Assembly: GCA_965603365.1 (NCBI GenBank)
Contig: CBFDCR010000014.1
Coordinates: 14,183-78,182, forward strand
DNA: 64,000 nucleotides
Direction of reading: 5' to 3'
From: an uncultured bacterium
GTDB taxonomy: Bacteria > Acidobacteriota > Aminicenantia > UBA2199
Both the position numbers and the translations under genes were made by a program. The notes below the pieces were generated by a model. The model did no database searches. It saw only the letters and a list, made by a program, of their open reading frames with translations, and was not told where the DNA came from. Positions 52,603-60,775 of the stretch are shown piece by piece; the stretch's first letter is position 1; each line of letters starts with the position of its first letter.

Positions 52603-55278
52603 ATGGATGAAACGGACTTTCGGGAATCGGATATCGTTGTTTCACAGGACGATCTGCTGCGGCCCTACGGCAAGGCGCGCCTCATTAAAATCAAAAGAGG
52701 GTTGGCCGAAGCAGAGTACGTACCCCATATTTTCAGCCGGCCGCCCTACTTTACCCATATCAAATTTCTCCGACTGGAAGAGACCGAGAAGTTCCTTTCA
52801 CCGGTTGACAGGTTACAAAATCGCCGATTCGAAGAAACCTGGAAATTTGACATGCGGCAAATGGCCGCCAGGTTTCTCACGGCCAACAAGGGCGGTCAGC
52901 TTTCCTGTATCCGCGCCGAATTGTTACCCCATCAAATCTTCACCGCCTATGAAGTCATCAAAAGTAAACGGCGCCGCTTTCTGCTGGCCCACGCAGGGAA
53001 AACGGGGAAAATCATAGAAGCGGGTCTGATCTGGGAGGCCCTTTTCCAGCGGAGAGTGGCAGACCGTACCCTGATCATTTGCCCCGCCGGATTAATGCTG
53101 CAGTGGCAGGAGGAGATAGAGGAAAAATTCGGTACCTTTTTCGAAATATTTAACCGCAACTTCCTTACCATCAATCCCCGCATGTGGGACTTAAAAACCA
53201 CCGTCATCGTCTCTATCGAAGGTTTGAAGCAGGCAGAGGCAAAACTGCTAAAAGATCGCCAGTGGGATTTAATTATAATCGACGAGGCCCACAAACTGAG
53301 TGCCGGAGAGCATAGATCCACATTGGCGGAGCAGCTAAAAGACCACACCGATGCCCTGATTTTACTTACCGCCACCCCTCATCAGGGAGAAGACAACCAC
53401 GCCCGTTTTATCAATTTGATGAAACTGCTGGATGAAGAGATCGACTTTAATCCCCTGTTCCATGGAGATCTCCCTCTTTTTAAAACGAAGACCGACCCGG
53501 GCAAGGTTCCCTTTTATCAGTATATCCTGGGTACCCCCAAAATGGCCGTGACCGACGCCTCGGGCCGCAAACTCCTCAAAGGGCGCAAAACCCATAATTA
53601 TACATTTGAGATGTTCCCTGACGAAAATGAGTTTTATAAGGCAGTAACAAATTATATTAAAAAAGGCTATTCCTGTCTCGAACGGCTCAGGGATAAACAG
53701 GATCGCCAGGCCCTCTGCCTTGTCCTCTCCCTATTCCAGAAAATCGCGGCCAGCAGCACCGCCGCCATCAAAAATTCACTCCGCAACCGCAAGCTGGCCC
53801 TGGAATACAAGAACGGTATCGTAAGAGAAAAAAGTAAATTTGAAGATGAACGGTTCAGCGGAGAATACGAAGAGTCTCAAGTTCCATTTGAATTCGAAAA
53901 ACAATTTATCAAAGACGAAGTCAAAGAGATCGATTCCCTCCTTGACATGGAAGTCCGGCAGGATACTAAATCCGTTGAACTTCTAAACCTCATCCACTCA
54001 ATATTTGACCCGATAGCAGATGAAAAAGAGGGCAAAATTGTCATTTTTACCGAATATCTCGCCACCCAGAAGCACCTGGTGGACATACTGGAACATGAAT
54101 ATGGCCAGGATTGTACAATTACCATAAACGGCAACCTGGATGTGGACCAGCGGCGTCTCAATCAAAGAGAATTTCGGGATAATCCCAGGATTCATTTTCT
54201 CGTATCTACCGAATCCGGGGGAGAAGGCGGTAACCTTCAGTGTTCCCACATCCTGTTTAACTACGACATGCCCTGGAATCCGAGGCGGATCGAGCAGCGG
54301 GTGAGAAGAGTCTACCGATATGGCCAGGCGCAGGTGGTACAAATCCACAATTTTCGAACAAAAGGGACAAGCGAAGATAAAATTTATGGGTATATAGAGG
54401 AAAAAATCGAGCGGGCAGCCAGCGCACTCACCAGGGTGACCGGTGAAGATGTGGAAGGGATCATGGCCGCCATGTACGACGAAATGGAAAATGAGATCGA
54501 TTACAATGAAATATACAAAAGGTCTCTGGTTGAAGGCGATATCGAAGAAGCAAAAGAGGAGATCGACCGGGGCGTTGCCCGGGCAAAGCGGGCGTATGAA
54601 TTAGCCGCAGAGAAATTGTTTAAGGATGTCTCCGCTTATTCACCCGATTATTATGAAAAATACGTGCAGTCAGACATAACATTACAGGATCTGGCAGTAT
54701 TCACCAGGAGATATCTGGAATCCAAACGAAAAAAGTCACAAAAAACAGACGGTATTTTTTCTTTTATCACTCCCGAAGAATTCTGTGATAGAGAAGTTAA
54801 AGACAGGTATGAAAATGTCACCTTCGACCGCAAAAAAGCCGGCGATCAGCCGGAATTAGAATTACTCGCCCTGGGTCATCCATTCATAGACAAAATGGTC
54901 AACTCATGCGGAACCGTCGATTTTGGTGGGTATGCAACCACTCGAATCATAAAAAATAAAAAATTTTCCGGCACAAAAGGAATTCAATTTAATTATGTTG
55001 TCTCTCATCGTATCGAACGAGGTGAAAAAGAAGAATATCTTTTTGATATGTATACCATTTTTATCGATGAATCTTACCAGATCAACGACGATATAGCCCA
55101 TATCTGCCGGAGATACTATTCGGAAAATGACCATCCAATTGTGGACAACGGAATCGATGTCGATATAAAAAAAGCCGAAAAAATTGCCGAGAATTATTTG
55201 CGTAAAAATATCGACATTATCCGGGGCTGGCAAGAGGATGTAGAATTATTGAATGCAGCCCTTGTCCAGGTACAATAA
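52603..55278 (+). CDS. SNF2-family (RapA/HepA-like) helicase/translocase
   Basis: LIIIDEAHKL, ILLTATPHQG, FLVSTESGGEGGNLQ and NYDMPWNPRRIEQRVRRVYRYGQ. Motif I is atypical (AHAGKTGKIIEAG). It starts 1 nt after the R-M gene stop. Confidence 0.85.
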   Translation: MDETDFRESDIVVSQDDLLRPYGKARLIKIKRGLAEAEYVPHIFSRPPYFTHIKFLRLEETEKFLSPVDRLQNRRFEETWKFDMRQMAARFLTANKGGQLSCIRAELLPHQIFTAYEVIKSKRRRFLLAHAGKTGKIIEAGLIWEALFQRRVADRTLIICPAGLMLQWQEEIEEKFGTFFEIFNRNFLTINPRMWDLKTTVIVSIEGLKQAEAKLLKDRQWDLIIIDEAHKLSAGEHRSTLAEQLKDHTDALILLTATPHQGEDNHARFINLMKLLDEEIDFNPLFHGDLPLFKTKTDPGKVPFYQYILGTPKMAVTDASGRKLLKGRKTHNYTFEMFPDENEFYKAVTNYIKKGYSCLERLRDKQDRQALCLVLSLFQKIAASSTAAIKNSLRNRKLALEYKNGIVREKSKFEDERFSGEYEESQVPFEFEKQFIKDEVKEIDSLLDMEVRQDTKSVELLNLIHSIFDPIADEKEGKIVIFTEYLATQKHLVDILEHEYGQDCTITINGNLDVDQRRLNQREFRDNPRIHFLVSTESGGEGGNLQCSHILFNYDMPWNPRRIEQRVRRVYRYGQAQVVQIHNFRTKGTSEDKIYGYIEEKIERAASALTRVTGEDVEGIMAAMYDEMENEIDYNEIYKRSLVEGDIEEAKEEIDRGVARAKRAYELAAEKLFKDVSAYSPDYYEKYVQSDITLQDLAVFTRRYLESKRKKSQKTDGIFSFITPEEFCDREVKDRYENVTFDRKKAGDQPELELLALGHPFIDKMVNSCGTVDFGGYATTRIIKNKKFSGTKGIQFNYVVSHRIERGEKEEYLFDMYTIFIDESYQINDDIAHICRRYYSENDHPIVDNGIDVDIKKAEKIAENYLRKNIDIIRGWQEDVELLNAALVQVQ

Positions 55279-55289
55279 GTTTCAAAGTC

Positions 55290-55562
55290 GGTCAAATCGG
55301 GTCTAGTGGCGGGCCAGTTGGATGGCTTTGTCGAGGAATTCGTCGCGGCCCTCTTTCACCCCTTTGATGGTTCTGTTGAGGGGGATGTGGGGGATGATGC
55401 CCACGCCGTGAGGTGAGGCTCCAGGGGTTCTAACTTCCAGGAGCGGTTGGCGTATGTGACCTGTTCATAATCGGGATAGGCGATTTTCCACCAACTGCCG
55501 TGCAGATCAGTCACATAAATGATTGTCATCATGCCAAAAAAAACACCATTCTACACTATCTA
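55290..55562 (-). repeat. chimeric duplicate: S41-peptidase 3' fragment fused to the metallophosphoesterase 5' fragment plus its upstream DNA
   Basis: 55290-55410 matches 58304-58425 with about 3 differences. 55411-55488 matches 58634-58707 with about 3 differences; the intervening ~208 nt are missing. 55487-55562 matches 48512-48590, with the first 46 nt identical. Confidence 0.9.
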
Positions 55563-55576
55563 AGATGATCTAAGGA

Positions 55577-55951
55577 TTATCTCTTTTCAGTATACTTAAC
55601 CCCTTCAATGCCTTCAAAATCAGCATCTTGTGTCCACAGGACGGCACCGAGGAGCAAAGAGGTTGCCAATATTATACTATCTGCCATGGGCAATTGATGA
55701 TCCACCGAGATTCGGGCCGCATGAATAGAAATTTCGGTATCAAGATCTATGACCTTGCCCTGCCGCATCAATGCTACCGCTTCAAGGGCTTGATTCTCGT
55801 CTCTCTGCTGAAGTACTCTCTTGAAAACTTCATATAAAGTAATGGAAGGGACCAATAACTCGGCAACATTTTCAATAGCAGGGATGAAGAATTCACAATT
55901 TGGACCATCGGAAAAATATTCCAGCCAACCACAAGAATCAACAATATTCAT
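55577..55951 (-). CDS. PIN-domain VapC toxin
   Basis: MNIVDSCGWLEYF..., ADSIILATS and WTQDADF motifs. ATGA overlap with the antitoxin gene. Confidence 0.85.
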   Translation of the reverse strand: MNIVDSCGWLEYFSDGPNCEFFIPAIENVAELLVPSITLYEVFKRVLQQRDENQALEAVALMRQGKVIDLDTEISIHAARISVDHQLPMADSIILATSLLLGAVLWTQDADFEGIEGVKYTEKR

Positions 55952-56154
55952 ATTCGATCTTTCTCCCGGGTTACGGTGGTATCAATTCCCTTCAAGAATC
56001 CCCTCGCTTCCTTGATGGGTTTGACCGGGATCATTTCGATCCGATTCCCATATAAGAAAACCTGTACCTTTTGGCCGGGGAGAATACCTAAAGATTTCCG
56101 AATTGATCGGGGGATAACCACCTGAAATTTTGGCGATACTGTAATAGTCTCCAT
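55948..56154 (-). CDS. AbrB/MazE/SpoVT-family antitoxin
   Basis: TVSPKFQVVIPRSIRKSLGILPGQKV swapped-hairpin motif. 68 aa. Confidence 0.85.
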   Translation of the reverse strand: METITVSPKFQVVIPRSIRKSLGILPGQKVQVFLYGNRIEMIPVKPIKEARGFLKGIDTTVTREKDRI

Positions 56155-56295
56155 ACGTTCTCCTTATCGATCAAGCTTTCGTATTACAAATAAATATATT
56201 ATCACATAATTCCCCCCATTTCAAACACAATTCCTGCCCGCCGACTTCCTATCCTTCCTACTTTCTTGTTGACAGGGAAATTACTTTTATTTATA

Positions 56296-56556
56296 ATGAA
56301 TTTGATGGCAATACAAATTCACCCCCATGCTCTGGATCGAATGAAAGAACGCGGCACCAATGCAGAAGAGATAAAAAAAACCATTGAATTTGGAGAAAGT
56401 TTCCCGGCAAAATTCGGCAGAACCGGCTTTAGACGCAATTTCCCATTTAACAGCTATTGGAATCAAAAGAAATACAACACCAAACAGGTTGAAGTTATTG
56501 CCATCCGGGAAGACAATAATTGGATCGCAGTAACGGTATTAGTGAAATACTTTTAG
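56296..56556 (+). CDS. DUF4258-family protein (putative toxin)
   Basis: IHPHALDRMKERGTNAEEIKKTIEFGE...VEVIAIREDNNWIAVTVL pattern. The ATG at 56296 is preferred; the track start at 56266 is TTG. Confidence 0.65.
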   Translation: MNLMAIQIHPHALDRMKERGTNAEEIKKTIEFGESFPAKFGRTGFRRNFPFNSYWNQKKYNTKQVEVIAIREDNNWIAVTVLVKYF

Positions 56557-56566
56557 GAGAAAAAAA

Positions 56567-56800
56567 ATGAAAATAAGTTACGATCCCAAATACAACATTG
56601 CTTATATCAAAGTGAGAGATAAAGCCGCTGACGTCGAAACCCTTCGAATCAGCGATGAAATCAACATTGATCTTACACCTGATGGGAGGGTTTACGGCAT
56701 TGAATTGATGAATGCCAACGAACAACTGGATTTTGAGAAAACCAGGGAATTGATATTCATCAATGAATCCACCGGCCAAAAAGCAGAGCTGAGGATATAA
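56567..56800 (+). CDS. DUF2283-family protein (putative antitoxin)
   Basis: MKISYDPKYNIAYIKV...IDLTPDGRVYGIELMNANE pattern. Confidence 0.75.
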   Translation: MKISYDPKYNIAYIKVRDKAADVETLRISDEINIDLTPDGRVYGIELMNANEQLDFEKTRELIFINESTGQKAELRI

Positions 56801-57071
56801 TTTGACGAGTACTTAATCTTTGCCTGTCACCTATCTCCTACCTACTAATAGCTAAAACAAAGACAGCCAGATTTCCCCTTGTATGGGACGCAGTTCTGCG
56901 TTCCCCACAACAACCTTTCAGAGGAAAACAAGGGGGACGAAAAAAATGAAAAATTGTCAAAAGGAAAAAAGAATTTGCGCTTCTGAAATTCAAATTTGTT
57001 TGCTCCAGACTGGAAAAGACTGGATATTATTGAATTGTTAAATGTTCGCCTTCATGCACCTTAAGGCAATT

Positions 57072-58136
57072 CTACTTTTTATCTTTGCCTGTATCACTAT
57101 ATAATTTTCGGATATCTCCATATTCTAAAATATAATCATAAATATAATAACCTCCAACTTTTGAATTAAAATAATGCCCGGGACTCCTACCTGGCCATCT
57201 CCCAATAAAAGCGAACTTCTCGATTTTCTCGGGCCAGAGAAAACTATTATAACTTCCGATATATTTGTCATCAATATAAAACTTAACGAAATCATAATTT
57301 TTTGACCACATTACTGTAAATAAATGCCAGCCTATATCGATCTTTTTATCAGTTGAAATTGCATCCCTTCTTATCCCATCACTACTACCAAACCTCCAAT
57401 AGATTTTGCCAGTTTCTTTGTTATAGAATTTGCCTATATGACAGGCATTGATATATATTTTTTGAAATTGCGGATGACCATCTTCATCCTCATATTCAAT
57501 TTTTTTCATCCGCCCCTTATTCCCAGAGTGACTTAAAATGTATTGATTATCTCTATTCTTAGTGTTATAGTGGTCATCGTTAATATAAGCCCAAATAGAA
57601 AATGTTCCCTCATTTCGCCCTAAAAAATCACACGGTATCCGCAATTCATTTCCTTTATATGCAGTTATATCATGCGTCTCTTCATCGCTAATAAAAGGCT
57701 TTTTAAAATCATCCAAAAATTTTCGTAAATAATTCTCAAAATTCAAAATCCCATCAGAATTAGAAAACTCGTATTTATAATATCTATGTGCTTTCAAATC
57801 TGTGGGTACATCATCACCATTTTGAGTAATTAACAGAACCTTCTTATTTAAAGCATGAGCTAATCCTAATTCATAGAATACATTAGGATTTCGATTAGTC
57901 AAATCTGCAACGATAATCCCGGCCTGTTTAATTAGATTTGCAACACCTTGCATTATTGTTGTAGAAAACATATCATCCGCTTTTAGAATTTCATATCCAT
58001 ACTCTTCAAATATTGGTTTTAAAACTTTTTCAAAAATCAATATGTTTTTAAAAGGTAGAATAACAAAGGCCAATTTAGGCTTCACTGTTATTTCTTCATA
58101 TTCGAGCATGAAAAATTGAGTTTCTTGATAGTCCAT
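57072..58136 (-). CDS. NDT/TIR-like Rossmann domain fused to a LamG (ConA-like lectin) domain
   Basis: N-terminus: AFVILPF...ILKADDMF...IKQAGIIVADLTNRNPNVFYELGLAHALNKKVLLI. C-terminus: GTFSIWAYIN...WHLFTVMWSKNYDFVKFYIDDKYIGS...VGGYYIYDYILEYGDIRKLY. Markedly AT-rich. GGAGG before the ATG. Confidence 0.65.
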   Translation of the reverse strand: MDYQETQFFMLEYEEITVKPKLAFVILPFKNILIFEKVLKPIFEEYGYEILKADDMFSTTIMQGVANLIKQAGIIVADLTNRNPNVFYELGLAHALNKKVLLITQNGDDVPTDLKAHRYYKYEFSNSDGILNFENYLRKFLDDFKKPFISDEETHDITAYKGNELRIPCDFLGRNEGTFSIWAYINDDHYNTKNRDNQYILSHSGNKGRMKKIEYEDEDGHPQFQKIYINACHIGKFYNKETGKIYWRFGSSDGIRRDAISTDKKIDIGWHLFTVMWSKNYDFVKFYIDDKYIGSYNSFLWPEKIEKFAFIGRWPGRSPGHYFNSKVGGYYIYDYILEYGDIRKLYSDTGKDKK

Positions 58137-58305
58137 TTTATGCCTCCATCAACGTATATTCTTTCCGAAATCATATTATATCAAAGTCTTTCACTTTCTT
58201 CTACTTGAAGAACCATGACTTCAGAAATAAACCTTAAATCAATTCTTTTTTTTCATCCTTCTGGCAATTTTTTTGTCCCTCTTTGGGTATGAAAATGTCA
58301 CATGG

Positions 58306-60600
58306 TCAAATTTGGGTCTGGTGGCGGGCCAGTTGGATGGCTTTGTCGAGGAATTCGTCGCGGCCCTCTTTCACCCCTTTGATGGTTCTGTTGAGGGGGA
58401 TGTGGGGGATGATGCCCACGCCGTGGTGCTGAGAGCCGTCGTGTTTGACCACCCGCATACCGGTAAAGGTGACGCGGTAGCCGCCGGGCAGGCGGATGGC
58501 ATTCACATTGCCGTTGGTACCGGCAGTGGGCTGGCCGATGATGGTGGCCAGTTTGTAGTGTTCGATAAAGCCCATGAAGGATTCGGCATAACTGATGGCC
58601 CGGCCATCCACGATAAAAATCACTTTTGCCGTCAGGTGAGGCTCCAGGGGTGCTAACTTCCAGGAGCGGTTGGTGTATGTGACCTGTTCATAATCGGGAT
58701 AGACGATCTGGGGAATCCGCATCCAGGAGGTGGAGGTGTCCTTCTCCTTGAGCAAATGGCAGATCAAACGGTGATTGCCCATGGGGTAGCCCCTTAAATC
58801 GCAGATGATGCTTTTGGCCTTCTCCAGTTGGGGCATCAGTTTTTCGATCTCCGGCCAGGTGATTTGCCCCAGGTTCAGGTACAGGATGCCTTCCCCTATT
58901 TTTTTATACCTGTCCTCCCGAAAACTGATCTGCCGTTGATACTTCCTGCTGCAAACGATCTCCCGCAGAAGGATTTGATCTCCCCTGAGGATCTTCAAAC
59001 TCTTTTTGGAATTTTCTGTCCCCATCAGCAAATTGCCCAGTGTCCGGTACTGCTTCCAGCCGGGGGTGGCGGCGGAGATGTATTGGCCCTCGTTGGCCAG
59101 CGCATCGCCGGCTTTTAGGCCATCGATTTCCAGGATGATATCACCGGGCCTGATGTCAAGTTTCTGATCCAGCACCCGGGTCACCACCAGTTGCTCTTCC
59201 AGCCACTCCCAGTCGAGGGGCGCATAAAAAAGGCGGGGCGCGCCCTGTAGAGAGACCCGGACATGGCCGTCTTTCAAGGCGGCGGTGAATTTTTGCAGGG
59301 TTTTAAGGAAATCAAATTGATCCTTATCCCGGTAGGCCCATTCAAGGGCCCTGGTTAACTGGGCCGGCCAGTCGGCCTGGACTGCGTCGAAATAGGGAAA
59401 GAAGTGCTGAAAGATATTCCAGCTTATGACAATATCGGCCAGCCGGGTATACAGATCATCACCGGAAAACTCTTTTGAGACTTCCTGCTCAACCGCGGCA
59501 CGCAGCCGGGCCAACGCCTCTCCAGGAGAGGGCGGATAGGTATGCTCCCGGCTGCCGTAGAGGGCCAGGGGCACGATGCACGATAGGCCGCCGCCCAGTT
59601 CCTTGCTCACCGTCTCCCCCACCCGGGGAACCTGTTCAAAAATGGGGTCCCGGTACACCAGGGTTTTGTGTTCGATCAACAGACTCTTATTTCCCTTGGC
59701 CGCCGTCTGGTCTGTGACCTGAAAAGAGTAGACGGCATCGGCAAACATCCACTCCTTGGGCGACCCGCCGGGGCCAGCGACTTCAAAATCGGCATTCGGT
59801 ATTTCCACCGGCTGCCAGGCATCGGCCTCCTTGAGGTAAATTTGAAAATCATCGGCCCAGACCTTGCCCAAACCGACCAGGAAGCAGCCAAAGAAAATAT
59901 CTTCGGCATCATCGGCCACCGTACCGATAATTTCATAGTATTGCCAATCGGATGATCGAATGGGGCGGTCATCCATGTTGTCAAAAAATCCCAACTGTCG
60001 CCCGGGGCGGTCCACCCGCAGCCACAACTGGCTCTGGCCGGCCTTTTTTTGTACCTCCGCTTTGACGGCGGCACGCAATTTGATCTCCTTTCCCCGAAAG
60101 GGGGCGGAGTCAACTTTGCTGCTGATAGCCCCAAAATCATTGGCGGGAACGATCACGTTTTCCCGGTTAACCCGGATACTCTTGTAGATACTCCGGGGCC
60201 TTCCCAGGGCCACGCCCAGGTGCTGCCAGGCCACCTCTTTCATACCTTCCATCTCCGGCGGGGTGATGCTGGCTTTAGAAAACGCCACCGACTCTTCGGA
60301 ATCGTGGATCACCAGCGCAGGGGCAATGGGCATGAACAACCCCTGCAATGCCTGTTTAAGTTCGGCTCTATTTCGGGCCGACTCGACCGTTTTGATCCCG
60401 TAGACGGCAAACTTCTGCCAATCCATCCGGGCCGCCTCATCAGTGGGATGAAAGAAGCGCACATAGCCGTACAACCGGGCAAAGGTTTCGATGTTGGCCG
60501 CCGCCTCTTCATGGGAAGTTTGCCCCGGTAAATAACCGGCGGTACAAATCCCCATCAGAACCAGGATGAATAATACTACTCCGCTAACATTTCGCCTCAT
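58306..60600 (-). CDS. S41-family (tail-specific/tricorn-core-like) peptidase
   Basis: 764 aa. Signal peptide, PDZ-like segment (IRPGDIILEIDGLKAGDA), and S41 core (ICDLRGYPMGN...FIVDGRAISYAESF). Confidence 0.8.
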   Translation of the reverse strand: MRRNVSGVVLFILVLMGICTAGYLPGQTSHEEAAANIETFARLYGYVRFFHPTDEAARMDWQKFAVYGIKTVESARNRAELKQALQGLFMPIAPALVIHDSEESVAFSKASITPPEMEGMKEVAWQHLGVALGRPRSIYKSIRVNRENVIVPANDFGAISSKVDSAPFRGKEIKLRAAVKAEVQKKAGQSQLWLRVDRPGRQLGFFDNMDDRPIRSSDWQYYEIIGTVADDAEDIFFGCFLVGLGKVWADDFQIYLKEADAWQPVEIPNADFEVAGPGGSPKEWMFADAVYSFQVTDQTAAKGNKSLLIEHKTLVYRDPIFEQVPRVGETVSKELGGGLSCIVPLALYGSREHTYPPSPGEALARLRAAVEQEVSKEFSGDDLYTRLADIVISWNIFQHFFPYFDAVQADWPAQLTRALEWAYRDKDQFDFLKTLQKFTAALKDGHVRVSLQGAPRLFYAPLDWEWLEEQLVVTRVLDQKLDIRPGDIILEIDGLKAGDALANEGQYISAATPGWKQYRTLGNLLMGTENSKKSLKILRGDQILLREIVCSRKYQRQISFREDRYKKIGEGILYLNLGQITWPEIEKLMPQLEKAKSIICDLRGYPMGNHRLICHLLKEKDTSTSWMRIPQIVYPDYEQVTYTNRSWKLAPLEPHLTAKVIFIVDGRAISYAESFMGFIEHYKLATIIGQPTAGTNGNVNAIRLPGGYRVTFTGMRVVKHDGSQHHGVGIIPHIPLNRTIKGVKEGRDEFLDKAIQLARHQTQI

Positions 60601-60775
60601 CTTCTTCTCCTTATCGTTCCATAGTCTTTAATATTTTAATACGTTTGCCCCCAAAAGAAAAGGATCGGGAATTTTTACTCCATAACCCAAATAGCAGGCT
60701 GTTTTTCTCTGTTTCGCCTTGACTTCAAGGGGAAAATAGGAGAGAATTACAAATTATTATTTAGCGGAGAAAAGA

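Noticed and set aside
56946-57041. 31-codon Cys-containing ORF (MKNCQKEKRICASEIQICLLQTGKDWILLNC) with an AAGGGGGA box upstream, between convergent genes
   Set aside because: I considered it as a second small peptide. It is too short, has no recognisable leader or family, and lies in a terminator-like region (hairpin at 56885-56905). I cannot support it from sequence alone.
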